From assembly GCA_964248365.1 (NCBI GenBank), contig CAXTYC010000015.1, positions 1 through 64,000 on the forward strand: a stretch of 64,000 nucleotides of DNA, given 5' to 3'. Under the pieces are notes generated by a model, which saw only the letters and a program-made list of their open reading frames with translations, did no database searches and was not told the origin of the DNA. The position numbers and the translations under genes were made by a program. This stretch comes from an uncultured Chroococcidiopsis sp. Lineage in GTDB: Bacteria; Cyanobacteriota; Cyanobacteriia; Cyanobacteriales; Chroococcidiopsidaceae. Position 1 is the first letter of the stretch, and every line of letters begins with the position of its first letter. Positions 9,854-20,250 of this stretch are shown in pieces.

Positions 9854-11272
9854 TTAAGAAAGATTTTTATACCAAGTGTGCAGCACTAGCCGATGGACTT
9901 CCAGCCAAGAAAGGTTATGTTGCTGTGCTATTTGAACACAATCTTCATATTCTGGCTGCACATTGGCGATCGCCTTTGAGGTTGCTGTTCCCGTCCAAGC
10001 AACTTTTAAGCGCACTGCACCATATTCAGTTTCAACTTGTTGAATTTCCCGTTGGAGAATGGCGCGTTCCCAGGTCTGGCGGCGTATTCCCAAGGTAGTG
10101 GTTTCTCGAAAGAGGACGGCTTCACAAGTGGGCAATTGCTCAGGATAGCAAATTACACTGATTAAAATGCCTGGACGGGACTTTTTCATGCCAATTGATT
10201 GGGTGAAGACATCTAATGCTCCAGCAGCAAATAGAGCATCAAACACATATCCAATCGCTTGTCCACTCAAATCATCGATTTGGGTTTCTAATACACAAAT
10301 AGTTTCTAGATAAGGGCTTTGTGTAGGCGAGAGGCTAGAGGCTAGGGGCGCTCTGCTGGATTTCTCGTTAGTTTCAGACTCTTTATGACTAGCAGATAAT
10401 TCTCCCTCTTGCCTCGTACCTCGGGCAACTTGCCTTTTGCCATGAGTAGCAGATAATTCTCCCTCTTGCCTCGTACCTCGGGCAACTTGCCTTTTGCCTA
10501 CAGTTTCACCCAGCCAGAGGCGTAGAATATTGGGAATTGGTAAATCACGAGAACCCGCTCCCAATCCTACCCGCTCGATGGTCATGGCTGGCGGGGAACC
10601 AAAATCGGTAGCTAGGGTAGTGGCGATCGCAGCCCCAGTTGGTGTTACCAGTTCTTTTTCAATACCATTACTATAAACAGGACAACCGCGCATTTCCCAT
10701 AACTTTAATACAGCTGGTACTGGTACTGCCATTTGACCATGTGCCGCCCGTACTGTTCCCCCACCCGTTGGTAGGGCTGAGCAATAAAGTAAAGGTAATC
10801 CTTCGTTGTTACTGTCTATACCCAGCCAATCGAACCCCAAGCAAGTACCGACGATATCGACGATTGCATCAACAGCACCCACTTCATGGAAATGTACTTT
10901 GTCGGGCGAAATGCCATGTACCTGCCCTTCTGCTAGTGCTAGCTGGCGAAATACTGCTAAACTCCAAGCTTCGGCTCGTGGTGGTAAATCAGCTTTGGTA
11001 ATTAAACTTTCTATTTCTGGTAAGTGCCGTCCATGATGGTGAGAATGATGCTCGTGGTGGTGAGACTGGGATAATAGATCTACATGAACTTTTGTTGCCA
11101 CTTGACCACTGCGGTTAATGGTGTGAGCGCTTAACTGGTATTCTTGCTCAATTGGCAATCCTTTGAGTTGTTCAGTCAGGTACTCTAGGGGAACACCAGC
11201 ATTTATCAGCGCTCCCAGGCACATATCACCTGCGATACCAGTGGGACATTCTAGATAAGCTAGCTTGGTCAT
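9854..11272 (-). CDS. larC: Nickel pincer cofactor biosynthesis protein LarC
   Basis: GIAGDMCLGAL, His-rich stretch, VHFHEVGAVDAIVD, ELVTPTGAA, LETQIDD, MKKSRPG, ETTTLGIR and PEYEDC motifs. Confidence 0.92.
   Translation of the reverse strand: MTKLAYLECPTGIAGDMCLGALINAGVPLEYLTEQLKGLPIEQEYQLSAHTINRSGQVATKVHVDLLSQSHHHEHHSHHHGRHLPEIESLITKADLPPRAEAWSLAVFRQLALAEGQVHGISPDKVHFHEVGAVDAIVDIVGTCLGFDWLGIDSNNEGLPLLYCSALPTGGGTVRAAHGQMAVPVPAVLKLWEMRGCPVYSNGIEKELVTPTGAAIATTLATDFGSPPAMTIERVGLGAGSRDLPIPNILRLWLGETVGKRQVARGTRQEGELSATHGKRQVARGTRQEGELSASHKESETNEKSSRAPLASSLSPTQSPYLETICVLETQIDDLSGQAIGYVFDALFAAGALDVFTQSIGMKKSRPGILISVICYPEQLPTCEAVLFRETTTLGIRRQTWERAILQREIQQVETEYGAVRLKVAWTGTATSKAIANVQPEYEDCVQIAQQHNLSWLEVHRLVLHTWYKNLS
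10391..10498. repeat. 57-bp-period tandem duplication inside larC
   Basis: AGCAGATAATTCTCCCTCTTGCCTCGTACCTCGGGCAACTTGCCTTTTGCC at 10391 and 10448; encodes GKRQVARGTRQEGELSA twice. Confidence 0.9.
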
Positions 11273-11581
11273 AATATTTAGTGGAACCAGTGACTAGTGG
11301 AACCAGTGGCTAGAGGAAGTATGAAGGATGAAAGATCAAGGATGCTCGATCAAGGATGAAGAATGTAGGAGCGAAGGATGAAGGATGCTCGATCAAGGAT
11401 GAAGTCGGAAAACATTAGCCGGAGAGTGGAATAGCGGAATATTTAATTCCCCTTTCGGGCAATACCTCTTTAACGCAATACCTCTTCAACCTACCCGTGG
11501 GGAACGCGAAGCGTACAACCTTTTACCTTTACCGCAATACCTCTTTACCCTTTTTCCTTTCACTTTTACCCTACATTCAAT

Positions 11582-12253
11582 ATGGCGAGAATTTACCAAG
11601 TTCACCCAGATAACCCCCAAGTCCGTACGATAGAGCAGATTAGGGACATCCTGCGCTCTGGTGCAGTGATGCTTTACCCTACGGATACAGTGTATGCGAT
11701 CGGTTGTGATTTGAATGTAAAGTCGGCGATCGAACGAGTGCGCTTTCTTAAGCAGCTAGCGAACGATAAGCCACTAACTTTTCTGTGTCCTTCTCTTTCC
11801 AATGTGGCAACTTATGCCAGGGTGAGTGATACAGCATATCGGATTATGAAACATCTCATTCCAGGCTCCTATACTTTCGTCCTCCCAGCAACAAAGTTAG
11901 TGCCGCGATTAGTACAAAACCCCAAGCGCAAAACTACCGGAATTAGAGTGCCAGATCATCCTGTATGCATGGCTTTGATGAATGCTTTAGGCAATCCAAT
12001 TATTTCTACCTCCGCTCACCTACCGGAGGATGAGCAAGCATTGTCACCCCTTGCGGGAATACAAAGCAACTTTGTCTCACGGGTGGAACTGTTCGACCGT
12101 TTAGACAAGTTGGTAGATGTGATTGTAGATGATGGCTCAGAACCAGGATATGAAGTTTCTACCATTATCGACTTAACGGCAGAAAAGGCAATTATTACTC
12201 GGCAGGGTAAAGGCTGGGAAGAAGCAGCAACTTGGGCGCTAGGTAGGGGCTAG
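11582..12253 (+). CDS. Sua5/YciO/YrdC family protein (YciO-like)
   Basis: YPTDTVYAIGC, KPLT, GIRVPDH, ISTSA and STIIDL motifs. Confidence 0.9.
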   Translation: MARIYQVHPDNPQVRTIEQIRDILRSGAVMLYPTDTVYAIGCDLNVKSAIERVRFLKQLANDKPLTFLCPSLSNVATYARVSDTAYRIMKHLIPGSYTFVLPATKLVPRLVQNPKRKTTGIRVPDHPVCMALMNALGNPIISTSAHLPEDEQALSPLAGIQSNFVSRVELFDRLDKLVDVIVDDGSEPGYEVSTIIDLTAEKAIITRQGKGWEEAATWALGRG

Positions 12254-12556
12254 AAGAGGACAACCCGACAAGGCGACAAGGTGACAAGGGGAGAATTCAC
12301 CTCCCTCTCGCACGAGCGCACGAGCGCCCCTATCCCCTGACTCGGATTTATCTAACATTCTGATAACAGATACTGATGATCATTAATGTTGTGTTTTGCT
12401 AAGGTAGTCTTAATATAATGAAAAAAATTTGCCTCATACGCCAGTCAATGGTAATGACTTAAGTCGAGAAGAGATTTGTAGTCAGTGCGATCGCAGTGTA
12501 TTAGAGGCAATATGTGTAAAGCAACTAGATGAACGTATATTCGTTCAGAGGCGGTT

Positions 12557-13252
12557 ATGACGGTCGATTTTGCCCGAACTATTACACCTGCAAGTGTGCA
12601 ATTGCAGCGAGTTTTTCAGCATATAGATGCAAAAAGTTGTCCCCTAGCTTTCAACTTCCATATGCATACTGTCATTTCCGATGGCAAGTTGCAGCCGGAA
12701 GAATTAATCGAGCAGGCGATCGCTATTGGTCTAAAGGGGCTTGCTATCACCGATCACCACACAATAGCTGGCTTCCAGATTGCCCAACGGTGGCTAGAAG
12801 ATTGGCGCTGGCGTAATCCAGGGCAAGCAAACCGCACTCCCCAGCTATGGATTGGGGTGGAAATTAATGCTCAGTTGCTTGAAACCGATGTACATATTCT
12901 AGGTTATGCCTTTGATCCGGCTCACCTGGGCATTCAACCCTATCTTCAAAGACACACTACTAGCGGTGAAGACTATCGTGCAGCTAACGTGATTGCTGCT
13001 ATTCATCAAGCTGGAGGATTGGCAATATTAGCTCACCCAGCGCGTTATAAGCGATCGCACTTTGACTTAATTCCAGCTGCGGCACAATTAGGGATCGACG
13101 GTATAGAAACATACTACGCCTACAATAACCCTCGCCCCTGGCAACCCAGTCCAAAAGAAACCAACCAAATACAACAGCTAGCCGCAACTCACGGCTTGTT
13201 AAGCACCTGCGGCACAGATACTCACGGTCGTAGCCTACTCCAGCGCCTTTAA
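12557..13252 (+). CDS. PHP-domain metal-dependent phosphoesterase
   Basis: HMHT..SDG, AITDH, GVEI, HILGY, LAHP and GTDTHG motifs. Confidence 0.9.
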   Translation: MTVDFARTITPASVQLQRVFQHIDAKSCPLAFNFHMHTVISDGKLQPEELIEQAIAIGLKGLAITDHHTIAGFQIAQRWLEDWRWRNPGQANRTPQLWIGVEINAQLLETDVHILGYAFDPAHLGIQPYLQRHTTSGEDYRAANVIAAIHQAGGLAILAHPARYKRSHFDLIPAAAQLGIDGIETYYAYNNPRPWQPSPKETNQIQQLAATHGLLSTCGTDTHGRSLLQRL

Positions 13253-13356
13253 TGAGGGGCGCTGGGGCGCTGGGGCTAGAGACTAGGGGAGTCAATTATC
13301 AATTATCAATTGTTTATTGTTCATGGAGAATATTTCCCGAGTCCCGAGTCCCCTTT

Positions 13357-14301
13357 CTAGCCACTAGCCACTAGCGAAAAGGATTCCCAGCCAGTTCCCT
13401 TGTATCCGTATTCGAATATTTCTGGATGCAAAATTTCTGCCAAAATTTCTTGGGAATCTATAAGTCGTGGTCCAGGGCGGTTGAAGTAAGCATTACCATC
13501 AGTAATGTAAACTCTTTGAGTTCTGACAGCACGTAGGTTTTCCCACTCTGGACGCTCGGTTAATGTTAGAGCTTCCGAGCGAGTGCGGTTTAAATCTAAG
13601 CCACAAGGCATGAAAATAATTACATCTGGATTAGTCGCTACTAGTGTCTCCCATGTGATTCGACCGGAGGGTTGACCCACAACGCTAAATAATGGCTGTC
13701 CACCCGCTAAAGTCACTAATTCGGGAATCCAATTGCTAGCAGTCATTAGCGGATCAATCCACTCGATACAAGCAACAGTAGGCAATTCAGTAACAGACAG
13801 CCCTGTGATTTTTTGCTGACAAATTTTGACACGACATTGTAAATCTTCTACTAATCGTCTCGATTCAACTCCTACAGCGTCAGCAACTGTTTCTATATCT
13901 GTGAATACGTCAGCTAAAACGTTAGGTTTTAAGGAAATAATTTCTGGGTGAATATGGGTGAGGCTCGGTAGCGCCTCTTCAACGTCTTTAAGACTGACAG
14001 CGCAAACATCACATTGATCTTGGGTAATAATGTGGGTTGGTTGTAACTGCTCCAAAACATCGGTTTTGATCTGATAAATACTTAGTGCCGATTGCAATAA
14101 ATTATTAACATCCCGATCAATTTGGGCGCTACTTGCCCCAGAATTTAATCGCGCACAGGTGCAAACTGGACGGTCTTGAATTTCTGTAGGATAGTCGCAT
14201 TCATGCGATCGCCCTACAATCGCGTCGCTTAACCCCAAGGCGGCTAAAATCTCGGTAGCCCCTGGAAGCAGAGAAACAATTCTTAGATTTTGTGCATTCA
14301 T
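13357..14301 (-). CDS. Cobalamin/Fe-siderophore-binding protein family (BtuF-like; no obvious signal peptide)
   Basis: RIVSLLPGATE, VGRSHECDYP and YFNRPGPRL motifs. Confidence 0.8.
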   Translation of the reverse strand: MNAQNLRIVSLLPGATEILAALGLSDAIVGRSHECDYPTEIQDRPVCTCARLNSGASSAQIDRDVNNLLQSALSIYQIKTDVLEQLQPTHIITQDQCDVCAVSLKDVEEALPSLTHIHPEIISLKPNVLADVFTDIETVADAVGVESRRLVEDLQCRVKICQQKITGLSVTELPTVACIEWIDPLMTASNWIPELVTLAGGQPLFSVVGQPSGRITWETLVATNPDVIIFMPCGLDLNRTRSEALTLTERPEWENLRAVRTQRVYITDGNAYFNRPGPRLIDSQEILAEILHPEIFEYGYKGTGWESFSLVASG

Positions 14302-14343
14302 TAATTTGTTTTCTGTTTAGTTGCTGATTGTCAAAATTCTTTG

Positions 14344-14383
14344 AAATTCTTATTAAATATATATATATATTTAATAAGAATTT
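14344..14383. repeat. Perfect 40-bp AT-rich palindrome
   Basis: AAATTCTTATTAA-(AT)7-TTAATAAGAATTT. Confidence 0.9.
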
Positions 14384-14699
14384 ATATTGATAATTTAATA
14401 AATTAAACCTGTTCTAGAAAGAGTTTATTTGAGGTTGGGTGACAAAGAATCAGCCTTTAGTATTACCTATACTCCTAACAATCAGTTACCAGTTAGCGGC
14501 AATTTTCGACCCTACTCCAACCTTTTGCGTCATCTTCAAGCAAGTGCAAAAAAGTGGGGTATATTGGTAAGTGTTGAAGTGTTTGTTTTTGCTCAACGGG
14601 ATGATTTGGGCAAGCCTATCTCCTAGATCAGCATCGGGCAATATCTGACACAGTACCATCCGGCACAAGCAAATCTGAAAGAACGCGATCGCCTACAAA

Positions 14700-15320
14700 G
14701 CAAGTGTGGCGGCTGCTATGAAACTTGCCCTTTCAACTTTGGGCAATGCTTGCCGTGTTGACCAAGTTTACATCTTTTTCAAAGATGTCATCCCGCTACA
14801 GGTAGACTCTTGATGAGTCAGCGCTTTGAGTGGGTAAATTCTAGTATCACCGCTCAAATAAACAATCCTGAATTGCAAAATCTGCCCTACAAGGTGGGTG
14901 AAGGTAGTGAATTTACGCTTTTACTGCCAGACTCTTCGCCCGAGCGATTGTGTTATGTGTCAACAAACAGGCGATCGCTCGAACAAGAAACCTCGCCTGA
15001 ACAAACAACCCTAAGCAAACCCATTTTGATGATCGAAGATGACGAGCCTGGGGCTAGGCTGCTGCATAATTATCTAGAGACAATTGGCTACCAGGTTAAG
15101 CACATTAAACAGCTAAATAGTTTGGACACGGTGCTATCCTTTAAACCAGATTTGATTTTATTGAATGTGCAGTTACAAAATAGTATTACCCGATTGGATA
15201 TGTTGCGATCGCCCAGGCAAGAACCAGAAGGGCAACATTTGCCAGTAGTAATAGTAACATAAACAACAAAGGCAGGCGAATGCGATCGTTTTATTGCAGC
15301 TGGTGCTAATAACTACCTGT
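14700..15320 (+). pseudogene. Remnant of a GAF-containing hybrid histidine kinase with a large internal deletion
   Basis: A frameshifted GAF start (LGNACRVDQVYIF / HPATGRLLMSQRFEW...NPELQNLPY) is fused directly to the HATPase end (VGEGSEFTLLLP). A degenerate REC domain with an in-frame stop follows (VIVT*TTKAGECDRFIAAGANNYL). Confidence 0.75.
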
Positions 15321-15411
15321 ATCAATTATCAATTAACTTTTCTGTGTTAGTAAGATATCCATTGATCGTGGATCATTGTTCATTGTTTCCCTTCATGCTT
15401 CGCTAGTCTCC

Positions 15412-18078
15412 TCACCGCCTTAGATGTGAGAGATCGTGCCATGCTTTGATTAAGTTACCTTGCATGAGGGCAGCAATGCCGTCGAGTACTTGTAGTTCTG
15501 GTATATTGGGGTTTAGTGTCAAAGCTGGCTTGAGGGCAATTGATGCGGCTGCGCCATTCCAGTTGTATAAATGGACAAAAGCAAGGTAGGCGTAGGCGTA
15601 GGGGTTTTGTGAGTCTAGGCGGGTGACTCTTTCAAAGGCTGCGATCGCACCCAAAACTTTTTGTTGCAACACGTTTGCTAAAGCCAAACTATATGCCCAC
15701 TGGAGATTTTGTGGTTCCCTTTGCAGTCGGTATTCCATTGCTAGCTGTGTCTGAACTAGGTAGTCTTGAATTGGATCATATTGATTAATCCGACCAATTT
15801 CGGCAAAGACTTGCTCTAGTGCCTTTATACCTTGAGGTAAAGCCGCTGCTAAATTTCGCTGTTGGGTGAGTAAATCCAATTCTGGTGCAGGCGTTGCAGC
15901 AACATTTGGGTCAATTTTCAGTGTGACTGGCGGGACGGAAATTGGGTAAGTTTCCCCACTCTTGCGGTTGAGATATCTAGCCTCCAAAGTATAAATTCCC
16001 GCTGGCAAATCCGCTGGAGGTAGCATTGCCATACGTTCAGTTACGTGGTATAAGGCGTGAGGCGTGAGGCGAGGGGCGAGGGGCGAGGGGCGAGGGGTGA
16101 GAGGTTTTTCTCCCTCAGCTCCCTCAGCTTCCCCAGCTCCCCCTGCTCTCTTCTCCCTAGCTAAACTTCCCATAGCGATACCGTGATCGTGCAACCAGCG
16201 ATGTTGAGGATTAGAGGCTTGATTCCAAGTTAGTAACACCAACCCCTTTTGCAATTGCTCCCAACTACCACACCATTGATAGGTAACTGGCACTGGTTTC
16301 CCCGACGGCGCGGATGGTGGTACTATAACCTTCGATAGGGTAACTTTCTCCCCTTTGCTCCCCAGTTCTCCATCAGGCTGCACCTGCACTAGCGGCGTAC
16401 GCAGATGATACAGCTTCAGGATACTACGATCAGGTAAGTCCCAAGTTTTGTGCAGATAAAAAGCTGGGGATTGCTCTACCATTTGAACAATTTCAGACTG
16501 AGCTGGTGGAACTGAACCTTGATCGCCAGTTTTGGTTAGGAACCAACCGAGACTTCGCGCATCTTGATAAATCTGCTTTTTTTGCGTTCCCACTTGCCGC
16601 CCATAAACCTGGAAGTTTTGCAGGGCCCCGTAATAATTCAAGTTATGTTGGTTAATTTCTGGTGTAGAAGGTAATACCCCCAGTGTTGAGTTAAGATAAG
16701 GCGCTGTCTGAATAATTTCCTCAATTACCTGAGCGTGGGGAAACTCTTGTCCTAAGTAAGCATAGTGCTGGGCATTAGGGCTGAGTGTTTGAGTGATGCT
16801 ATTGGGTAAGACGGGAAACAGGTTGACAAACATCAGCCCAAGTGCTATAGAAATAGTCCCCCAACGAATCCGCCCCGCCCAACGCCCGTACCAACAAGTC
16901 ATCCCATATGCCAAAAACAGCGACACAACGGGTAAATAAGGCAAGACATAGCGATAATCTTTATTGATGTTGAGTGAACAAAGCAAATAAGCGCCAATCC
17001 AGAAGATCAACAAAGTGGCTAGTGGCTGGTGGCTAGTGGCTAGAAATGCTCCCCTGCTAAAGTGCTCCCCTGCCCCTCTGCCCCTCTGCCAAAGTGGCCC
17101 TCTACCTCGCCCCTTCCAATAAAGTAGCATCCCCACAATTGGCACTAGCAATAATATCCAAGAAACTTGCTCTGGCAACTCTTGCCAGTAGTAAGTCCAA
17201 GCAGCTAATGTGTTTAGGGCTGGATCTCCCTCCTTGATTGCTGAATCTATCGTCGCCCGCTTCCCGCTAGTTAGGATCACTAGCCAATTTGTTCGATACC
17301 AGGGATAAATCACCCACACAGTCAGCAACAACCCCACAACCCATTGAGATATCCGCCAACCGTCGCGCCTACGAACAACCTCCACCCCAACCCATAAAAC
17401 TGGCGTTAACAGAAAAAACAACGCCGTCTGCTTCACCAACAGCGCCAACCCAAAAGAAATACCAAAAGCAACTGCCCAAAACCAACCAATGCCCAATTGG
17501 TAATTGGTAATTGGTAATTTTATCCTTTTGTCTGTCTGGGGTGGGGCGGTTTGTCCAATATCCCGCCAAACTGTCAGACACCAAAAACTTAAGGTAACAA
17601 CCGCTGTAAGGGGATAATCTAGTAAATAATCCAAGCGTATTCGATACAAACCAGGTAATAGTTGACATATTGCAGCCGCCCATAAACCCACAGACGGGCT
17701 AAAAAGCTGTACCCCTAAGCCATAGACTGCAGCTAGTAAAATTGCACTGAAAAAAAGGTTTACCAGTGTGGCAGAGTCTATTCCTGTACCAAAAATTTGC
17801 TCTACAATCGCTGTGGCAATGAAAGTTAAAGGAGGGAATTTAGTAGACAACTGCCAAAAGCTCGTCCACCATTGTCTGTCTAACCAGTGAGGCTGTTGTA
17901 AAGCCTGCCAGTAATTCAACGAACTATTTAAATGCTGTGCCTGATCCCAGGCGGGAACTGAGTGATCGAGGGCAAACCAAAGGCGATCGCTCACACTCCC
18001 TACTAGCCAAATCAGCCCCAGTACGATTAAATTTGAGATTTGAGTAGATTTTTTAGACAGGAAACTTGCGCGTATCAT
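15412..18078 (-). CDS. GT39/PMT-like membrane glycosyltransferase with C-terminal TPR
   Basis: PAWDQA.HL, KFPPL, LLDYPL, LLVKQ and KDYRY motifs; TPR-like tail; several in-frame repeat insertions. Confidence 0.8.
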   Translation of the reverse strand: MIRASFLSKKSTQISNLIVLGLIWLVGSVSDRLWFALDHSVPAWDQAQHLNSSLNYWQALQQPHWLDRQWWTSFWQLSTKFPPLTFIATAIVEQIFGTGIDSATLVNLFFSAILLAAVYGLGVQLFSPSVGLWAAAICQLLPGLYRIRLDYLLDYPLTAVVTLSFWCLTVWRDIGQTAPPQTDKRIKLPITNYQLGIGWFWAVAFGISFGLALLVKQTALFFLLTPVLWVGVEVVRRRDGWRISQWVVGLLLTVWVIYPWYRTNWLVILTSGKRATIDSAIKEGDPALNTLAAWTYYWQELPEQVSWILLLVPIVGMLLYWKGRGRGPLWQRGRGAGEHFSRGAFLATSHQPLATLLIFWIGAYLLCSLNINKDYRYVLPYLPVVSLFLAYGMTCWYGRWAGRIRWGTISIALGLMFVNLFPVLPNSITQTLSPNAQHYAYLGQEFPHAQVIEEIIQTAPYLNSTLGVLPSTPEINQHNLNYYGALQNFQVYGRQVGTQKKQIYQDARSLGWFLTKTGDQGSVPPAQSEIVQMVEQSPAFYLHKTWDLPDRSILKLYHLRTPLVQVQPDGELGSKGEKVTLSKVIVPPSAPSGKPVPVTYQWCGSWEQLQKGLVLLTWNQASNPQHRWLHDHGIAMGSLAREKRAGGAGEAEGAEGEKPLTPRPSPLAPRLTPHALYHVTERMAMLPPADLPAGIYTLEARYLNRKSGETYPISVPPVTLKIDPNVAATPAPELDLLTQQRNLAAALPQGIKALEQVFAEIGRINQYDPIQDYLVQTQLAMEYRLQREPQNLQWAYSLALANVLQQKVLGAIAAFERVTRLDSQNPYAYAYLAFVHLYNWNGAAASIALKPALTLNPNIPELQVLDGIAALMQGNLIKAWHDLSHLRR

Positions 18079-18515
18079 CTTAATTTTTTCCTCATTTTGA
18101 CATGAGGAATACCAGCTTCCTCAAATACTTCTCCCTCTGGTTCAAATCCTAATTTTTGATGCAAACCCATAATATATTGTTGGGCATGAATCACCACTTC
18201 TTCAATATTCTTTTTAGCAACTATATCTAAAGCGAGTTGCATAATCTGCTTGCCAACTCCTTTGCCTCTAGCTGTAGGCAAGACAGCAAGCCTTTCTATT
18301 TTTGCTGTTTTCTCATCCAAGTATCTAATTCTTGCCGTACCCACAGGCTGAGTATCTAAATAAGCAATGATATGCTCAGATATTTCATCTTGTCCGTCAA
18401 ATTCTAATGCTGGCGAGACTCCCTGTTCTTGTTGAAAAACTAATTCTCTAATTGTCTGCGCCTGGGGAAATTCTGCTAAGGTAATCTTTTTAACAGTTAG
18501 TATCATCAAATACAC
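18075..18515 (-). CDS. GNAT N-acetyltransferase (ElaA/YjcF-like)
   Basis: IRELVFQQEQGV, IERLAVLPTARGKGVG and FEEAGIPHVKM motifs. Confidence 0.88.
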   Translation of the reverse strand: MYLMILTVKKITLAEFPQAQTIRELVFQQEQGVSPALEFDGQDEISEHIIAYLDTQPVGTARIRYLDEKTAKIERLAVLPTARGKGVGKQIMQLALDIVAKKNIEEVVIHAQQYIMGLHQKLGFEPEGEVFEEAGIPHVKMRKKLR

Positions 18516-18589
18516 ACCTCAATTTCTCATTGATTTGCTATTTTCCACAGGTGTAGCTTTTCGGGGTATGTAGTTTTTTCAAGTTTTAA

Positions 18590-20206
18590 CTATTTTTCAA
18601 GCTTCCATAACTGAATATCTCCGTAATTATTACGATAAATCGGTTTGATTTTGTAGCTTTGCTCAATTTGAGCTTTCAATCTTTTTGATGGCTTTTGTAC
18701 TAAAAACACATCACTGAAGCTATCAGGAATTTTGGGTAGGTTTGGTTCTCCTACCAAAGCCTTAACTTTTGGCTCAAGTAGATAGCTAATAGACATTAAC
18801 GTACCTAACTTATTAAAATTGATCAAACCTGCCTGATCCTTCGTATCAGCTAACACAAGAGGTTGAGCAGCCGAGTTAATAATACGAGCAATCTGTGGAT
18901 TGTCGTAATTGGTATACTTGGTGTACCACGTCTGTGCTTGTGAACTGATTACACAGGATATAACTCCGAATGATAATAGCGTAATTGTGACAAGCCGCCA
19001 CAGCCAATTTTGGTTTTTAAGTGATGTGGAAGCGATTTTAGTAGCTAAAAGATGGGCAACTGCTAGCTCAATACCCAGATAGAAGGGAACTAGATACCGA
19101 GTTACTGTAGATCTAAGTCCTCCTGAAATTAAATCTGGTAAAACGAGGAATAGCGCTGTAGGAAATGTTAGAGTTAATATAAATATCCAAACTCGTTTTG
19201 GAGTATTACGGCAAATAAAATAAATTGAATATCCTAGCAATATAAGTAGTATTAAATTACTAGCTCTTAGCACAAGAGCTAGTATTTTTGGCAAATCTTC
19301 CACTAACCCAAAATCAATAAAAACACGGCTGAGGTTACTAATCCAAAATCTCGCTAAAACTGAAATAGGCTGTGGTACTTCTGGATTCTGCCACGCCGTT
19401 TTATTAGAAACATTGCCCCAGTTAGTAATTAAAGCTATTATCCAAGGTGAGAAAGGGATAAATCCGGCAATGGAAGCAAGCAAATAAGCTTTTATCTTCT
19501 TTAGTCGTAAACCTTCTATCGCCAAAACATAAATTCCATGTCCAATTGCAATCAAGGCAAAATACAGATAAGAATAAAGTCCTAGTACTATTGTTGCTGT
19601 ATAAATAGCCCAACTGCGCCAGGTGTTTAGCCGCATTGCCCTAAGCAGTGACGCACTTGAGAGTAAAATAGTTACGGCAAATAAGCTATATGGTCTTGCT
19701 TCTTGAGCATACAGCACCTGGAACGGGGAAACTGCAAATATAGCGATCGCTACCCATCCCGTTAGCGATGATTCAAATAATTCTAAGCACAGCCACATGA
19801 TGTATGGAAATGCTAGCAAGTTAATCACGGCAGGTAAACTTCGCATCACTGCTACAGAATTACCCCATGTCTGCGCCCAAAATCGCGCCATGATGAAATA
19901 TAGTGGTGGTAGCTGCGGTTCTTCTTGCGCCAAGCCTTTAATAGTATCGATGACGCTTTTTTCAGCATCGATTTGCTGATACTTCTGTAAATCTTTAATC
20001 CCAAATGTCTGTTGGTTTGAAATCTGCTGCACTACTTCTGTCTCTGTGTAGCCAGAAACCCGTAGGGAGGTATATGTTTCGTCAATCCAGTAAACTTTTC
20101 TATCGAGATTGACCAAGCGAAAAAATATACCCAGTATCAATACAACGATGAAGAAAAACCGCAATTCCTTCCCTAGCGCCCAGTTCTGGGTTAATCTATT
20201 TTTCAC
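18590..20206 (-). CDS. Glycosyltransferase family 39 membrane protein
   Basis: YWIDETYT, QLPPLYF and YAQEARPYSL motifs; many TM helices. Confidence 0.85.
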   Translation of the reverse strand: MKNRLTQNWALGKELRFFFIVVLILGIFFRLVNLDRKVYWIDETYTSLRVSGYTETEVVQQISNQQTFGIKDLQKYQQIDAEKSVIDTIKGLAQEEPQLPPLYFIMARFWAQTWGNSVAVMRSLPAVINLLAFPYIMWLCLELFESSLTGWVAIAIFAVSPFQVLYAQEARPYSLFAVTILLSSASLLRAMRLNTWRSWAIYTATIVLGLYSYLYFALIAIGHGIYVLAIEGLRLKKIKAYLLASIAGFIPFSPWIIALITNWGNVSNKTAWQNPEVPQPISVLARFWISNLSRVFIDFGLVEDLPKILALVLRASNLILLILLGYSIYFICRNTPKRVWIFILTLTFPTALFLVLPDLISGGLRSTVTRYLVPFYLGIELAVAHLLATKIASTSLKNQNWLWRLVTITLLSFGVISCVISSQAQTWYTKYTNYDNPQIARIINSAAQPLVLADTKDQAGLINFNKLGTLMSISYLLEPKVKALVGEPNLPKIPDSFSDVFLVQKPSKRLKAQIEQSYKIKPIYRNNYGDIQLWKLEK

Positions 20207-20250
20207 AAATAAACCTGTATAATTTAGAACTGAGCGCTATAGTAACATTA

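Noticed and set aside
11280..11580. Possible ncRNA in the larC/yciO intergenic region
   Set aside because: Mostly degenerate short tandem repeats (GATGAAG, CAATACCTCTTTA); no recognisable RNA family.
14301..14700. Cobalamin riboswitch upstream of the BtuF-like gene
   Set aside because: No B12-box or conserved riboswitch core was recognised.
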